From: Deferribacterales bacterium
GTDB taxonomy: Bacteria; Chrysiogenota; Deferribacteres; Deferribacterales; Geovibrionaceae
Direction: 5' to 3'
Assembly (NCBI GenBank): GCA_050251875.1
Contig: JBFWMA010000007.1
Location: forward strand, 96,001 to 160,000
Length of the DNA: 64,000 nt
Part shown: positions 51,062 to 59,661 of the stretch, one piece after another
Numbering within the stretch: the first letter of the stretch is position 1
How the letters are laid out: each line of letters opens with the position of its first letter
Program-made: the position numbers and the translations under genes
Notes under the pieces: generated by a model
Told to the model about the DNA's origin: nothing
What the model saw: only the letters and a program-made list of their open reading frames with translations
The model's database searches: none

Positions 51062-52309
51062 TTACTTATAAAACTGAACTACAACACCATCTATTAAATC
51101 ATCGAATGTGATTATTTCAAGATCTTTATAATCACTCATAATTTCTCGCCAAACATCCGAATCAAAATCGAATCTACGTCCCACAACTAGCCATCTGCGA
51201 GGCTTATGAACTTTAAATCCGTATCTTTCCTCGAACCATTTTCGATTATTGGGATCATCAAAATAGCTAGAGTATACTCTAGTTTGTGAAATATATGAAT
51301 TTAACCATGCCGCAAATGCTTCTCTATTGTTCCCCCCGACAACAGCCTTCTTTTTAATATCAGGCAGTTTGAATTCAACAATGTCAGCATAGCCATTTGG
51401 TTGAACAACAAAGAAATCAGGTTTAATATTCTCACGATATTCACTCTGCCATTCACAAACTATCTCTGGGTGGACTTCTTTTGCTCCAAATTTCATTGTA
51501 AGAATAAATTCGTTTTCTTTTTTTGCCAGATACGATGTTATATCAGTTTCAGATTTTGTATTATCTCCCCAAATTTCGATAAACTGATTTATTTTTGGTA
51601 ACTGAACATATTTATAATCAGCAGGAATAGGATATAAGTATTGAGCATCATCCTCTACAGCCATTTTCATATATCGAAGGTTAAACGATATGGTATCAGA
51701 CACTTCGCCAGAATCATTGAAATGAATAGGAAAGAAATCTAACCATTTTATCCTTCTTGATTTCAACCCAGATTCATCTGCATCGAAAAACATGCCATTT
51801 ACGACTCTGGCAAATTCTCCAACAACTGGTTTCAATGCTGGTGTATTTAAACCAATCACGCTATTCTGAGCGTGAAAATTCCATCCCAGTTCTAACAATT
51901 TTTCAAGCCCTCTATTTGTTGGAAAAAGTAAATCTTCATTAAAAGGTAAGAGTGGCATAGTGCTTTTAGCAGTAGAATCATATTTAAAACCAATAATTTG
52001 CTCAAATAGATTACAATTTTTGCTTAAATAATCACGAATTTGAACTGTTAACTCGCTCCCTTGTTTTAACTCGACTAGACTCTCTGAGCCTAAATATTCA
52101 ACAGCTATGTGTGTTCTGCCAACATAAACAACAATTTCCTGGTGATCTAAAAGGAATCCTGGAACAGTTTTTATTAAATCAGGATTATCTTTGACATATT
52201 GGTATAATGGTTCCCAGTAGTTATTATCTAGCTCATTTAAAAATGCCATAACCAATTGGTTAATAGTGGTGCATACTTCTTTATTGCTCATTTCTCTCTC
52301 ATTTGGCAT
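51062..52309 (-). CDS. sduA: Shedu (SduA, DUF4263) anti-phage nuclease with unknown N-terminal domain
   Basis: E...PDF...DIVEFKLP...SQ...Y...P...LVVGRR...IITFDDL. Confidence 0.8.
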   Translation of the reverse strand: MPNEREMSNKEVCTTINQLVMAFLNELDNNYWEPLYQYVKDNPDLIKTVPGFLLDHQEIVVYVGRTHIAVEYLGSESLVELKQGSELTVQIRDYLSKNCNLFEQIIGFKYDSTAKSTMPLLPFNEDLLFPTNRGLEKLLELGWNFHAQNSVIGLNTPALKPVVGEFARVVNGMFFDADESGLKSRRIKWLDFFPIHFNDSGEVSDTISFNLRYMKMAVEDDAQYLYPIPADYKYVQLPKINQFIEIWGDNTKSETDITSYLAKKENEFILTMKFGAKEVHPEIVCEWQSEYRENIKPDFFVVQPNGYADIVEFKLPDIKKKAVVGGNNREAFAAWLNSYISQTRVYSSYFDDPNNRKWFEERYGFKVHKPRRWLVVGRRFDFDSDVWREIMSDYKDLEIITFDDLIDGVVVQFYK

Positions 52310-52518
52310 TTTAGTGTAATCATATTATATCTCAGTTATTCATTATCTTTTATAAAATTTGCCCAATAGACAATATTGAGCAATAAACAAATTAACAGGA
52401 TGACATGTCAAAATCTAGGATAGGCGATATTGAAGAAAATAACTCAAGCTCATAAAGAGTTTGTAGTTAATCTTTATAATTTTTAGGGCAAAATCTCAAA
52501 TAAAAACTTAAACTCATT

Positions 52519-53649
52519 TTAATCATAATGTGAAATATTCTGCCAAATAGTATCAATATCACCAAAATTTACACTTTTAATTGGATTAACGATTTCAATT
52601 TCGCAACCAATAATACAATCTTTAGAAATTTCATCACTAAATAAACCAGTAAATCTTATAATTGCATCAGCACAGTGCTCAATAGATCGTTCTTTACTCC
52701 CACTCGCAAAAACTACTGAATTCACATAGCGAGAATCATCAATTTGAAAACTAACACCTATTGAAAATGTATAATGAATTACCAACCCAAGTTCAAAGAC
52801 TACTTCACTGTCACTCAAACTTAAAACTTTTATGTCTATTAAGCCCTTTTCATCAATAACATACTCTAGATCATCTATTATTGATGTCAAATGCTCTATT
52901 TCATAATAAACAGAAGAATCAGCATAAACATTTACAGAAGAGTCATTTTCGCAAACAGTATCATCGTATAAAAATGAACATCCTGCCTCAGCATCATAGT
53001 CAGCAATCACTTGTCTAATAGCTTCAATAGCTCTTTGCACGGCAGGTTCAGGCAATAATTTCTCAATAGCTTCAGCAAGATCTTTTGTGGGAGTCATATA
53101 ACATGAATTGTCAGAATACTTTATCCAACCGTCATCTATACTAACGACACATGCATGTTTGTTATTTTCATCAACCCATTTTTCTATTGACAACAATGCT
53201 ATAGCATCTGGAAACTCATTTTTTTTGTCTTTCTTATCTTCAAATGGTAAATCTGAATCAAAATACTTTGATATTAGCTCTTGAAGATCCACATTATTAG
53301 AGCTAATTACTATCAAACCTACACTTTCTTTGAAAGACTCAAATCTATTTTTAGCCATTGCTTCGGCAGAACTTTCAGCGAGCTGACTTAAGATATTTTC
53401 AACATATTTTTCACTTAAAATTTTATTTCTTTTCGATTCATTCAAAGCTTTATTTAGCTGTTCCTGAGCATCCCTTATATTCTTTGACAAGTGCTTTAAG
53501 ACTTCTTTTTCTACTATATCAGAAATGATCACGTCTACAGATGTATTTTTAAACTGCCCTAATTGTTTTAGTAATCCAGACTCAAGATTAAGTCCGTATT
53601 TTATAAATACACTTGTATCAATCGCTATAGCATCATATCGCAATTTCAC
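52519..53649 (-). CDS. PIN-like domain protein (DUF4935/PIN_12 type)
   Basis: IDTSVF, IVEKEV, PF...KKNEFPDA..LLS, VVS.D.GW; acidic C-terminal domain. Confidence 0.82.
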   Translation of the reverse strand: MKLRYDAIAIDTSVFIKYGLNLESGLLKQLGQFKNTSVDVIISDIVEKEVLKHLSKNIRDAQEQLNKALNESKRNKILSEKYVENILSQLAESSAEAMAKNRFESFKESVGLIVISSNNVDLQELISKYFDSDLPFEDKKDKKNEFPDAIALLSIEKWVDENNKHACVVSIDDGWIKYSDNSCYMTPTKDLAEAIEKLLPEPAVQRAIEAIRQVIADYDAEAGCSFLYDDTVCENDSSVNVYADSSVYYEIEHLTSIIDDLEYVIDEKGLIDIKVLSLSDSEVVFELGLVIHYTFSIGVSFQIDDSRYVNSVVFASGSKERSIEHCADAIIRFTGLFSDEISKDCIIGCEIEIVNPIKSVNFGDIDTIWQNISHYD

Positions 53650-53681
53650 ATTCCTTTAATCATATTCTCTTAATAACAATA

Positions 53682-54755
53682 TCATACTTTTTCTACAGCA
53701 TCTCGCAAGTTCTTTTGATTTAGGTGAGCATAGCGTTTTGTTACTGTGATGTTGCTATGACCAAGAAGCTCAGAGACAGCATAAAGGTCTACTTCTTTTT
53801 GCACTAGACGGCTGGCGAATGTGTGCCGAAGATCATGAAATAAGAAGTCCTTAATCCCTGCTCTTTTGAGTGCGTTTCTGTATGCCTTCCTAACCTTTGT
53901 ATTTGCAAAAAGCTGTTCGTCATCGTCAATATTGTGTGTTTCAAAATACTCTGTTAAACAGCCATAAAGAGCTTCATTAATAGGAATGAATCTTTGTTTG
54001 CTGTTTTTCGTGTTATTCTGATCTACCATAATGTATTTATCAAGCATGTGGACATCAGCCCCCTTCAAAGAAAGGACTTCAGACATCCTCATTCCGGTTT
54101 TAAGGGCAACTTGGACAATATAATAGAGCTTATCACTCCGGCTCTCTCTGCATGCCTCTAAAAGCCTCTCAATCTCTTCTTCTTTCAGATACCTTGTGCG
54201 TTTATTATCCACAGGCATTTGTTTGACGTGCCTAACAGGGTTGATCCCGATGATATCAATTTCGATAGCATAGTTCAGAATACGTTTGATGGCTGCGATA
54301 TACCTATTGATCGTACTTTTAGAAACTTCTCTCTCCTGTTGAAGGTATTTTAGGAATTTATCGATATCATATTCAGTAATGCTTTTGAGCTGAACACTTC
54401 CGAAGTATTCTTTGATAATCTTGAAGCGGCTCTTTTCTTTTTCGTAGCCTTTGTTTTTAAGCATATAATGAGGTGCGAACTGGTTATCTATAAAGTCATC
54501 AAGAGCAATGTTTTTAAGCTCTTTATTGACGATACCAACTCGCTTGTTCATAGCATCATATTTCTTTTTGACTTCAAGTTCTCTGGCTAGCTTAAGGCTA
54601 TGTCCGGCATGCTCCCAAACCTTCTTTCCATTCAGAGTATAAACGATGTAATAAAGCTTGTTTTTGTCTTCTCTGAGATCATTACCGCATTTACAAATTT
54701 GGTTTTTGACAGAAACTTTTGAATGACAGACAGAACATTTTACCATTATAGCCAT
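53682..54755 (-). CDS. tyrosine recombinase / site-specific integrase
   Basis: TGMR.SE, TKN...R, FHDLRHTFAS, LLGH....T.RY; N-terminal CxxC...CxC. Confidence 0.96.
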   Translation of the reverse strand: MAIMVKCSVCHSKVSVKNQICKCGNDLREDKNKLYYIVYTLNGKKVWEHAGHSLKLARELEVKKKYDAMNKRVGIVNKELKNIALDDFIDNQFAPHYMLKNKGYEKEKSRFKIIKEYFGSVQLKSITEYDIDKFLKYLQQEREVSKSTINRYIAAIKRILNYAIEIDIIGINPVRHVKQMPVDNKRTRYLKEEEIERLLEACRESRSDKLYYIVQVALKTGMRMSEVLSLKGADVHMLDKYIMVDQNNTKNSKQRFIPINEALYGCLTEYFETHNIDDDEQLFANTKVRKAYRNALKRAGIKDFLFHDLRHTFASRLVQKEVDLYAVSELLGHSNITVTKRYAHLNQKNLRDAVEKV

Positions 54756-54771
54756 AGTTTACGCCCCATTT

Positions 54772-54794
54772 TTTTCTAACCTTTTTTCTAACCA
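54772..54794 (+). repeat. putative integrase arm-type sites, right
   Basis: Identical to 38457-38479. Confidence 0.7.
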
Positions 54795-54929
54795 CACATA
54801 GCAAATTATGCCAAAATATGCAAAAATAGCAAGAAAAATTTTACGCAGTAAACCGATATAACTTATTTGTAATATGAGATTCATATAAACAGATACAAAC
54901 AGACTAAAATATACAAAAAAGCACCAAAA

Positions 54930-54974
54930 CGGACTGCAAATCCGCGTACCCCAGTTCGATTCTGGGCGTCGCCT
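54930..54974 (+). repeat. att core, right (duplicated 3' half of tRNA-Cys)
   Basis: 45-bp identity to 38364-38408. Confidence 0.95.
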
Positions 54975-54982
54975 TTCATAAG

Positions 54983-55012
54983 AAAGCCTCTGCTTTTCGC
55001 AGAGGCTTTTTT
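54983..55012. terminator. original tRNA operon terminator displaced by the island
   Basis: AAAGCCTCTGC-TTTTC-GCAGAGGCTTTTTT just after the right att. Confidence 0.8.
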
Positions 55013-55053
55013 CGTTTAACAGCTTATTCTAAGAGTTTTCTGAAGCAATACCG

Positions 55054-56441
55054 CTACAGCTTTTTCAGTTTGATATATCTATGCAGCGACTGCCTCGTGA
55101 TCCCCAGCAGTTTCGCCGCTTCGCTGACATTCCCTCTGGATGATTCCAGAGCTTTTCTGGTCAGAACATCTTCCATTTCTTTTAACGAGGGGAAATTTCC
55201 TGAAAAGGTAAATATGCCTGAATTAAAGTCCATATCAGCTATTTTCGGGTTGATATCGTGCCGCTTCATAAAGAGATTAATCTCTTTCTTGCAGAGATTC
55301 CTTCCCTTCGTAACCATTGCCAGATCATTCATGATTGATTGGAGCTGGCGCACATTGCCCGGAAAATTATATAATTCACCAATATCTCCTCCACGCCTTC
55401 CGGCAGTAAATCCGTCTCTTCATACCCGCTCTCTTTAAGAGCTTTGTTATAAAACTGAAGCGCCAGAATACCGATATCGTTCCTGCGCTCTCTCAAAGGC
55501 GGAATCGTTATGCAGTGGGTGGAAAGCCTGAAAAGAAGATCCTGCCGGAACCTGCCCTGTTTGATCTTCTGTTTCAGATCAATATTTGTAGCCGCTATAA
55601 TCCGGACATTGGCGTGCACGTTTTTATCCATTCCAAGAGGCATATATACTTTTTCCTGTAAAAGTCTCAGAAGTTTTACCTGTGCTCCCTCATTAAGATC
55701 GCCTATCTCGTCTAAAAAAAGCGTTCCTCTCTCCGCTTCCGCCACCAGACCTTTTCTGTTTCTCTCCGCTCCGGTGAAAGCGCCCTTAGAATGTCCAAAA
55801 AGAGTATCGGTGAACATAGTATCGTCCAGCCCGGAGATATTCACGGCTACATATGAACCCTTGCGTCCGCTGGCTCTGTGCACCGCCTCAGCGAAAAGCT
55901 CCTTGCCCACGCCGGTCTCGCCCGTTATCAGAACCGGATAGTCGCTTCTGGCTATATTGCTGAGATATTTCAGAATGGTTCTGACGCTGTCTTCCACGGT
56001 GATAATTTTTTCAAAAGCGTAACGAAGCAGGCTGGAATCTTCCAACGAAACAATCTCGCTGGATATCCCGTTTTGCAGTGAGTTCATAGCTGTCAGATAG
56101 CCTGTCTTGAACTTACTGAAAGATATGGGTTTTATAATAAACCCCACCGCTCCTTTTCTGATATATCTTACAGTCTCATCAGTTTCGTCTTCCTCAGAAA
56201 TCACGATAACCGATGCCAGAGGCATTTTATCTTTAATGATATCAATAATCTCATCGCAGCTTGAAAAAGTCATTCTGCTTTTAACAAAAATAATTTTCGC
56301 TCTTATACGGTACGCTGAGCTGATGAATTCTCTGGGGTCGTTGAATATCTTAAAGACAGAAACTCCTATCTCATGCATATAACCAGCGTATGTATCGTTT
56401 AATTGTTTTTCTTCATCTAATATTATAACTTGTGAGTTCAT
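55054..56441 (-). pseudogene. sigma-54-dependent (NtrC-like) activator, frameshifted
   Basis: Receiver, GETGVGKE, GAFTGA and LFLDEIG are in one frame; FPGNVRQL and the Fis HTH (GNVSEAAKLLGI.R) are in another; extra AT at ~55369-55370. Confidence 0.85.
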
Positions 56442-57300
56442 AATTGAATCATGCGGAAATCAATACGCACCCTCCTTAATTTAATCTAGACTTTACGGCA
56501 CCGCTTACCGGAGATGCACATCCGGCTAAAACCATTTAACGAAAAATTCACGATATTAATAATTACTTGTTACTACTAAATAATATCAGGTATATCATCT
56601 TCACTTTCCGTTGCACCTAATAGTTTGCATATCGTGTCTCATACCTTTGTATGATTAAACCAAACATCATGCCAATATTCTTAGCATGGTGAACCATATT
56701 ACATTATATTTGCTGATGTTTCACATTTTTACACATATTATCAATATATTAACTCATTTGAACATGAAATCCTTAAATAGCTGTATCATTACAATAGAAG
56801 CAGGAATATCAATGTGAATATTATTTACTATCAATTAAGTCCTATAAACCCGCAGAGAACGTTACAATATATTAAATCCATAGTTAATTAAAATTTTAGA
56901 CTTTTCTGATCATTCAGAATAGGCATGAGGCTATAAATTATAGTAGTTTTACTTTTTTTTCCTAAAAAGTCCTGAAACAGGCATACATTTTGATATTACA
57001 AAACATGTCAACAGCTCAAACAAAGCGTTTTTTTAACTTATTTATGCCTCAGAGATATAATTAGAATACTTACCATTAATGCTGATTTCGCGCCGTACCC
57101 TTTGGGATTAATTAATATTTTTAGTTATTTAGTTGAACCTATGATTAGAAATAGCGGACATTATGAAAAAGTGTAAGTGTAAACAATTTTTACATATTAG
57201 ATTTATTGTTTAACATCTGATAGTTAAATGACTTGACTATTATTGTGTTACATTTTTTGTCCTAATTAGACGTTTAAATATACATTTTTGGTATGGTTTT

Positions 57301-57318
57301 TTTGGCACTGATATTGCA
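57301..57318 (+). promoter_or_regulatory. sigma-54 (-24/-12) promoter
   Basis: TTTGGCAC-TGATA-TTGCA matches TGGCAC-N5-TTGCW. Confidence 0.8.
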
Positions 57319-57330
57319 ATTAACCACAGA

Positions 57331-57699
57331 ATGAAAAAACAAATTTTATTAGTTAACGATCAAGATAATTTTAGCGACAGTCTCCGGATTGCTCTGAAAA
57401 GGAGCGGCATGGAACTCGTCTGCGATGATGTTGACTATATTGGTTCCGCCCAGAACCTGCACAAGAAATATGACTTTTGCGATCTTATAATATTTAATAC
57501 CGCCCGGCTTAATCAGAAAACCATTCACGCTATTAAGCATATGGTTTTGGACAATTTACAAACCCCTATAATCATCATTGTTGATGAATCCGAAACGAAT
57601 TTTCTGTTTTTAAATGATGACACAAGCAATCTGAGAGTGATCACAAGACCTTTTGATCACAAGACACTCATCCACGCTATAACCCTACTAACTCAATAA
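57331..57699 (+). CDS. atypical single-domain receiver protein
   Basis: ILLVND..., DLIIFN (Asp site is Asn), TPIII, TRPF. Confidence 0.7.
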   Translation: MKKQILLVNDQDNFSDSLRIALKRSGMELVCDDVDYIGSAQNLHKKYDFCDLIIFNTARLNQKTIHAIKHMVLDNLQTPIIIIVDESETNFLFLNDDTSNLRVITRPFDHKTLIHAITLLTQ

Positions 57700-57716
57700 A
57701 CGACAAAGGAGTGTCC

Positions 57717-58931
57717 ATGATGGTTTTGAGCAACAAAAAACAGGCTACAGGTATCGTTATTATTATTTTCACACAAATTTTAATAACTTATTCACAGTCA
57801 ACCTACTTCAGAGCGGGTTTAGGGATTTTCACTGCTGTCGCAGCCCTGATTTTATTTTCATTATTGTCAGAAAAAAGCGGCAGCGCCAAAGAACAGAAGA
57901 AGGATTCCGCATCTGACAAAATAGCCGAAATCAATAACGGCATCCTGCCCGTATGCGAGCTGATAAGCAACTATTCATCTATCATGACCGTTTTTCAGGA
58001 ACAGCTGAAAATGGTTATCGCCGACAGCGAGGAAGCAAACAACATCATTTCAGATAATTTCAGCGGAATCATAGCGAAAGCGGCGGCACAGTCAGAAGAC
58101 GCCGGAAGAGCTCTGGACAGCTTTACAAGCGGACAGGCGGGTGATTCCGGAGATAATTTCATAGAAACAAACAGACGAACCCTCATCAAAGTCATCAATG
58201 AACTGCAAAATACAGGAGCATACGCTGAATATACCAACGAACAGCTATCGCTCGTTATCAACGAAATTCAAAGCATAAAAAATATCGTCTCTAATGTGGA
58301 ATACATAGCGGATCAGACCAACCTGCTCGCCCTTAACGCCGCCATAGAAGCGGCAAGAGCCGGAGAACACGGCAGAGGCTTTGCCGTTGTCGCAGATGAG
58401 ATAAGGAAACTCTCCGAAAAATCAAATCAGTTCGCGATGGAAATCAGAAGAGCTGTGGACGAGACAGCCGGAAAGATCAACAGAATCCATGACAAATCAG
58501 TTCAGGATTTCCAGAATATTCAGGAAGTATCCACTAAATCTCACGAAGACGTGGAACAGGCCTTAGGATGCCTCGACAGAGCCATAGAAGACTCAAACAT
58601 AATCATGGACGGACTGCGCACTAGCTCAATGGATCTCGCCGACGACATAAACAGAATGGTTGTCTCCATGCAGTATCAGGACATCAACAGACAAAGAATA
58701 GAACACGTCATAGACCCGCTGGATATCATGAAGAGAGACCTCTTAACCATCTCTGAAAAGCTGAAAAACCCATCAGACGCTAACTTTACCTCTGAAATCC
58801 AGAACCTGAATGAACACGTTCAAACGATATACACCATGGAATCTGAACGGACAGTATTAAAAAATAAATCCGCAGGACAGGCGGGGGTTAAATCCGCGTC
58901 TAAGAGAACTGATAATGTAGAGCTTTTTTAA
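57717..58931 (+). CDS. methyl-accepting chemotaxis protein
   Basis: [37 protein letters not shown]-terminal MQYQDI..QRIEHV and NVELF. Confidence 0.92.
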   Translation: MMVLSNKKQATGIVIIIFTQILITYSQSTYFRAGLGIFTAVAALILFSLLSEKSGSAKEQKKDSASDKIAEINNGILPVCELISNYSSIMTVFQEQLKMVIADSEEANNIISDNFSGIIAKAAAQSEDAGRALDSFTSGQAGDSGDNFIETNRRTLIKVINELQNTGAYAEYTNEQLSLVINEIQSIKNIVSNVEYIADQTNLLALNAAIEAARAGEHGRGFAVVADEIRKLSEKSNQFAMEIRRAVDETAGKINRIHDKSVQDFQNIQEVSTKSHEDVEQALGCLDRAIEDSNIIMDGLRTSSMDLADDINRMVVSMQYQDINRQRIEHVIDPLDIMKRDLLTISEKLKNPSDANFTSEIQNLNEHVQTIYTMESERTVLKNKSAGQAGVKSASKRTDNVELF

Positions 58932-58952
58932 CATAAACATTGGAGGCTGAAT

Positions 58953-59300
58953 GTGAAAATCGATATTTCTAAACTCGGAACAAAAGTTATCATAACTGTT
59001 TCCGGCTCTCTCACAGTGGACCACATCGTAGATCTCCATACTAAGCTGCGAGATATCATCGACACCGCCGAAACAGTTGACATGGAGATAGGTCAGGTCG
59101 AAGAAGCCGACCTCACCTTTTTGCAGCTGTTGTGCTCCGCCCACAAATCCTTTCTGGAAAGAAACAAACGATTCAATGTCACAGGGATGAAGAATGAACT
59201 GCTGAGCAGAGAAGGCTTTGCCGGGTTCATCAGAGAACGTGGATGCACAAAGGACAAATCCGGCAACTGCGCCCTGGTAAAGGAGAAACACAATGGCTAA
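58953..59300 (+). CDS. STAS domain protein
   Basis: GSLT......L......D...V..ADLTFLQLL. Confidence 0.85.
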   Translation: MKIDISKLGTKVIITVSGSLTVDHIVDLHTKLRDIIDTAETVDMEIGQVEEADLTFLQLLCSAHKSFLERNKRFNVTGMKNELLSREGFAGFIRERGCTKDKSGNCALVKEKHNG

Positions 59301-59658
59301 AACAATCTTAACAGTAGACGACTCATCCAGCATACGTCAGATGGTTAAGTTTACCCTCTCCAGAGAGGGATATTCGGTTATCGAGGCATCAGACGGCAGA
59401 GACGCTCTGAACAAGATCACCGGGACAAAGATAGACATGGTGGTCACAGACCTCAACATGCCTAATATGGACGGAATAGAACTCATCAGGGCTCTCAGAG
59501 CCAAACAGGAGTTTCGCTTCACCCCTATCATAATGCTCACTACCGAGTCTCAGGATTCAAAAAAATCTGAAGGCAAGGTCGCCGGGGCTACAGGCTGGAT
59601 AGTTAAGCCTTTTCAGCAGGAACAGCTCATTGCAGTCGCAAAAAAGGTCATGGGGTGA
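59293..59658 (+). CDS. cheY: chemotaxis response regulator CheY
   Basis: ILTVDDS, TDLNMPNMDG, MLTTES, GWIVKPF. Confidence 0.93.
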   Translation: MAKTILTVDDSSSIRQMVKFTLSREGYSVIEASDGRDALNKITGTKIDMVVTDLNMPNMDGIELIRALRAKQEFRFTPIIMLTTESQDSKKSEGKVAGATGWIVKPFQQEQLIAVAKKVMG

Positions 59659-59661
59659 TTC

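Larger units (their letters stand above)
38364..54974. mobile_element. integrative mobilizable element / defence island in tRNA-Cys
   Basis: Exact 45-bp direct repeat at both ends; tyrosine integrase, Xis, MOBF relaxase and T4CP inside; sharp AT enrichment between the repeats. Confidence 0.93.

Noticed and set aside
38364..54974. Prophage or self-transmissible ICE
   Set aside because: No capsid, terminase or tail genes and no VirB4/mating-pair genes between the att sites
54930..54974. Second tRNA-Cys gene
   Set aside because: Only the 3' 45 nt are present; it is the att duplication
56480..56680. Riboswitch or second sigma-54 promoter upstream of the NtrC-like gene
   Set aside because: Only a short CCGGA..TCCGG hairpin with no c-di-GMP riboswitch consensus; TGGCATGATGTTTGG lacks the -12 GC
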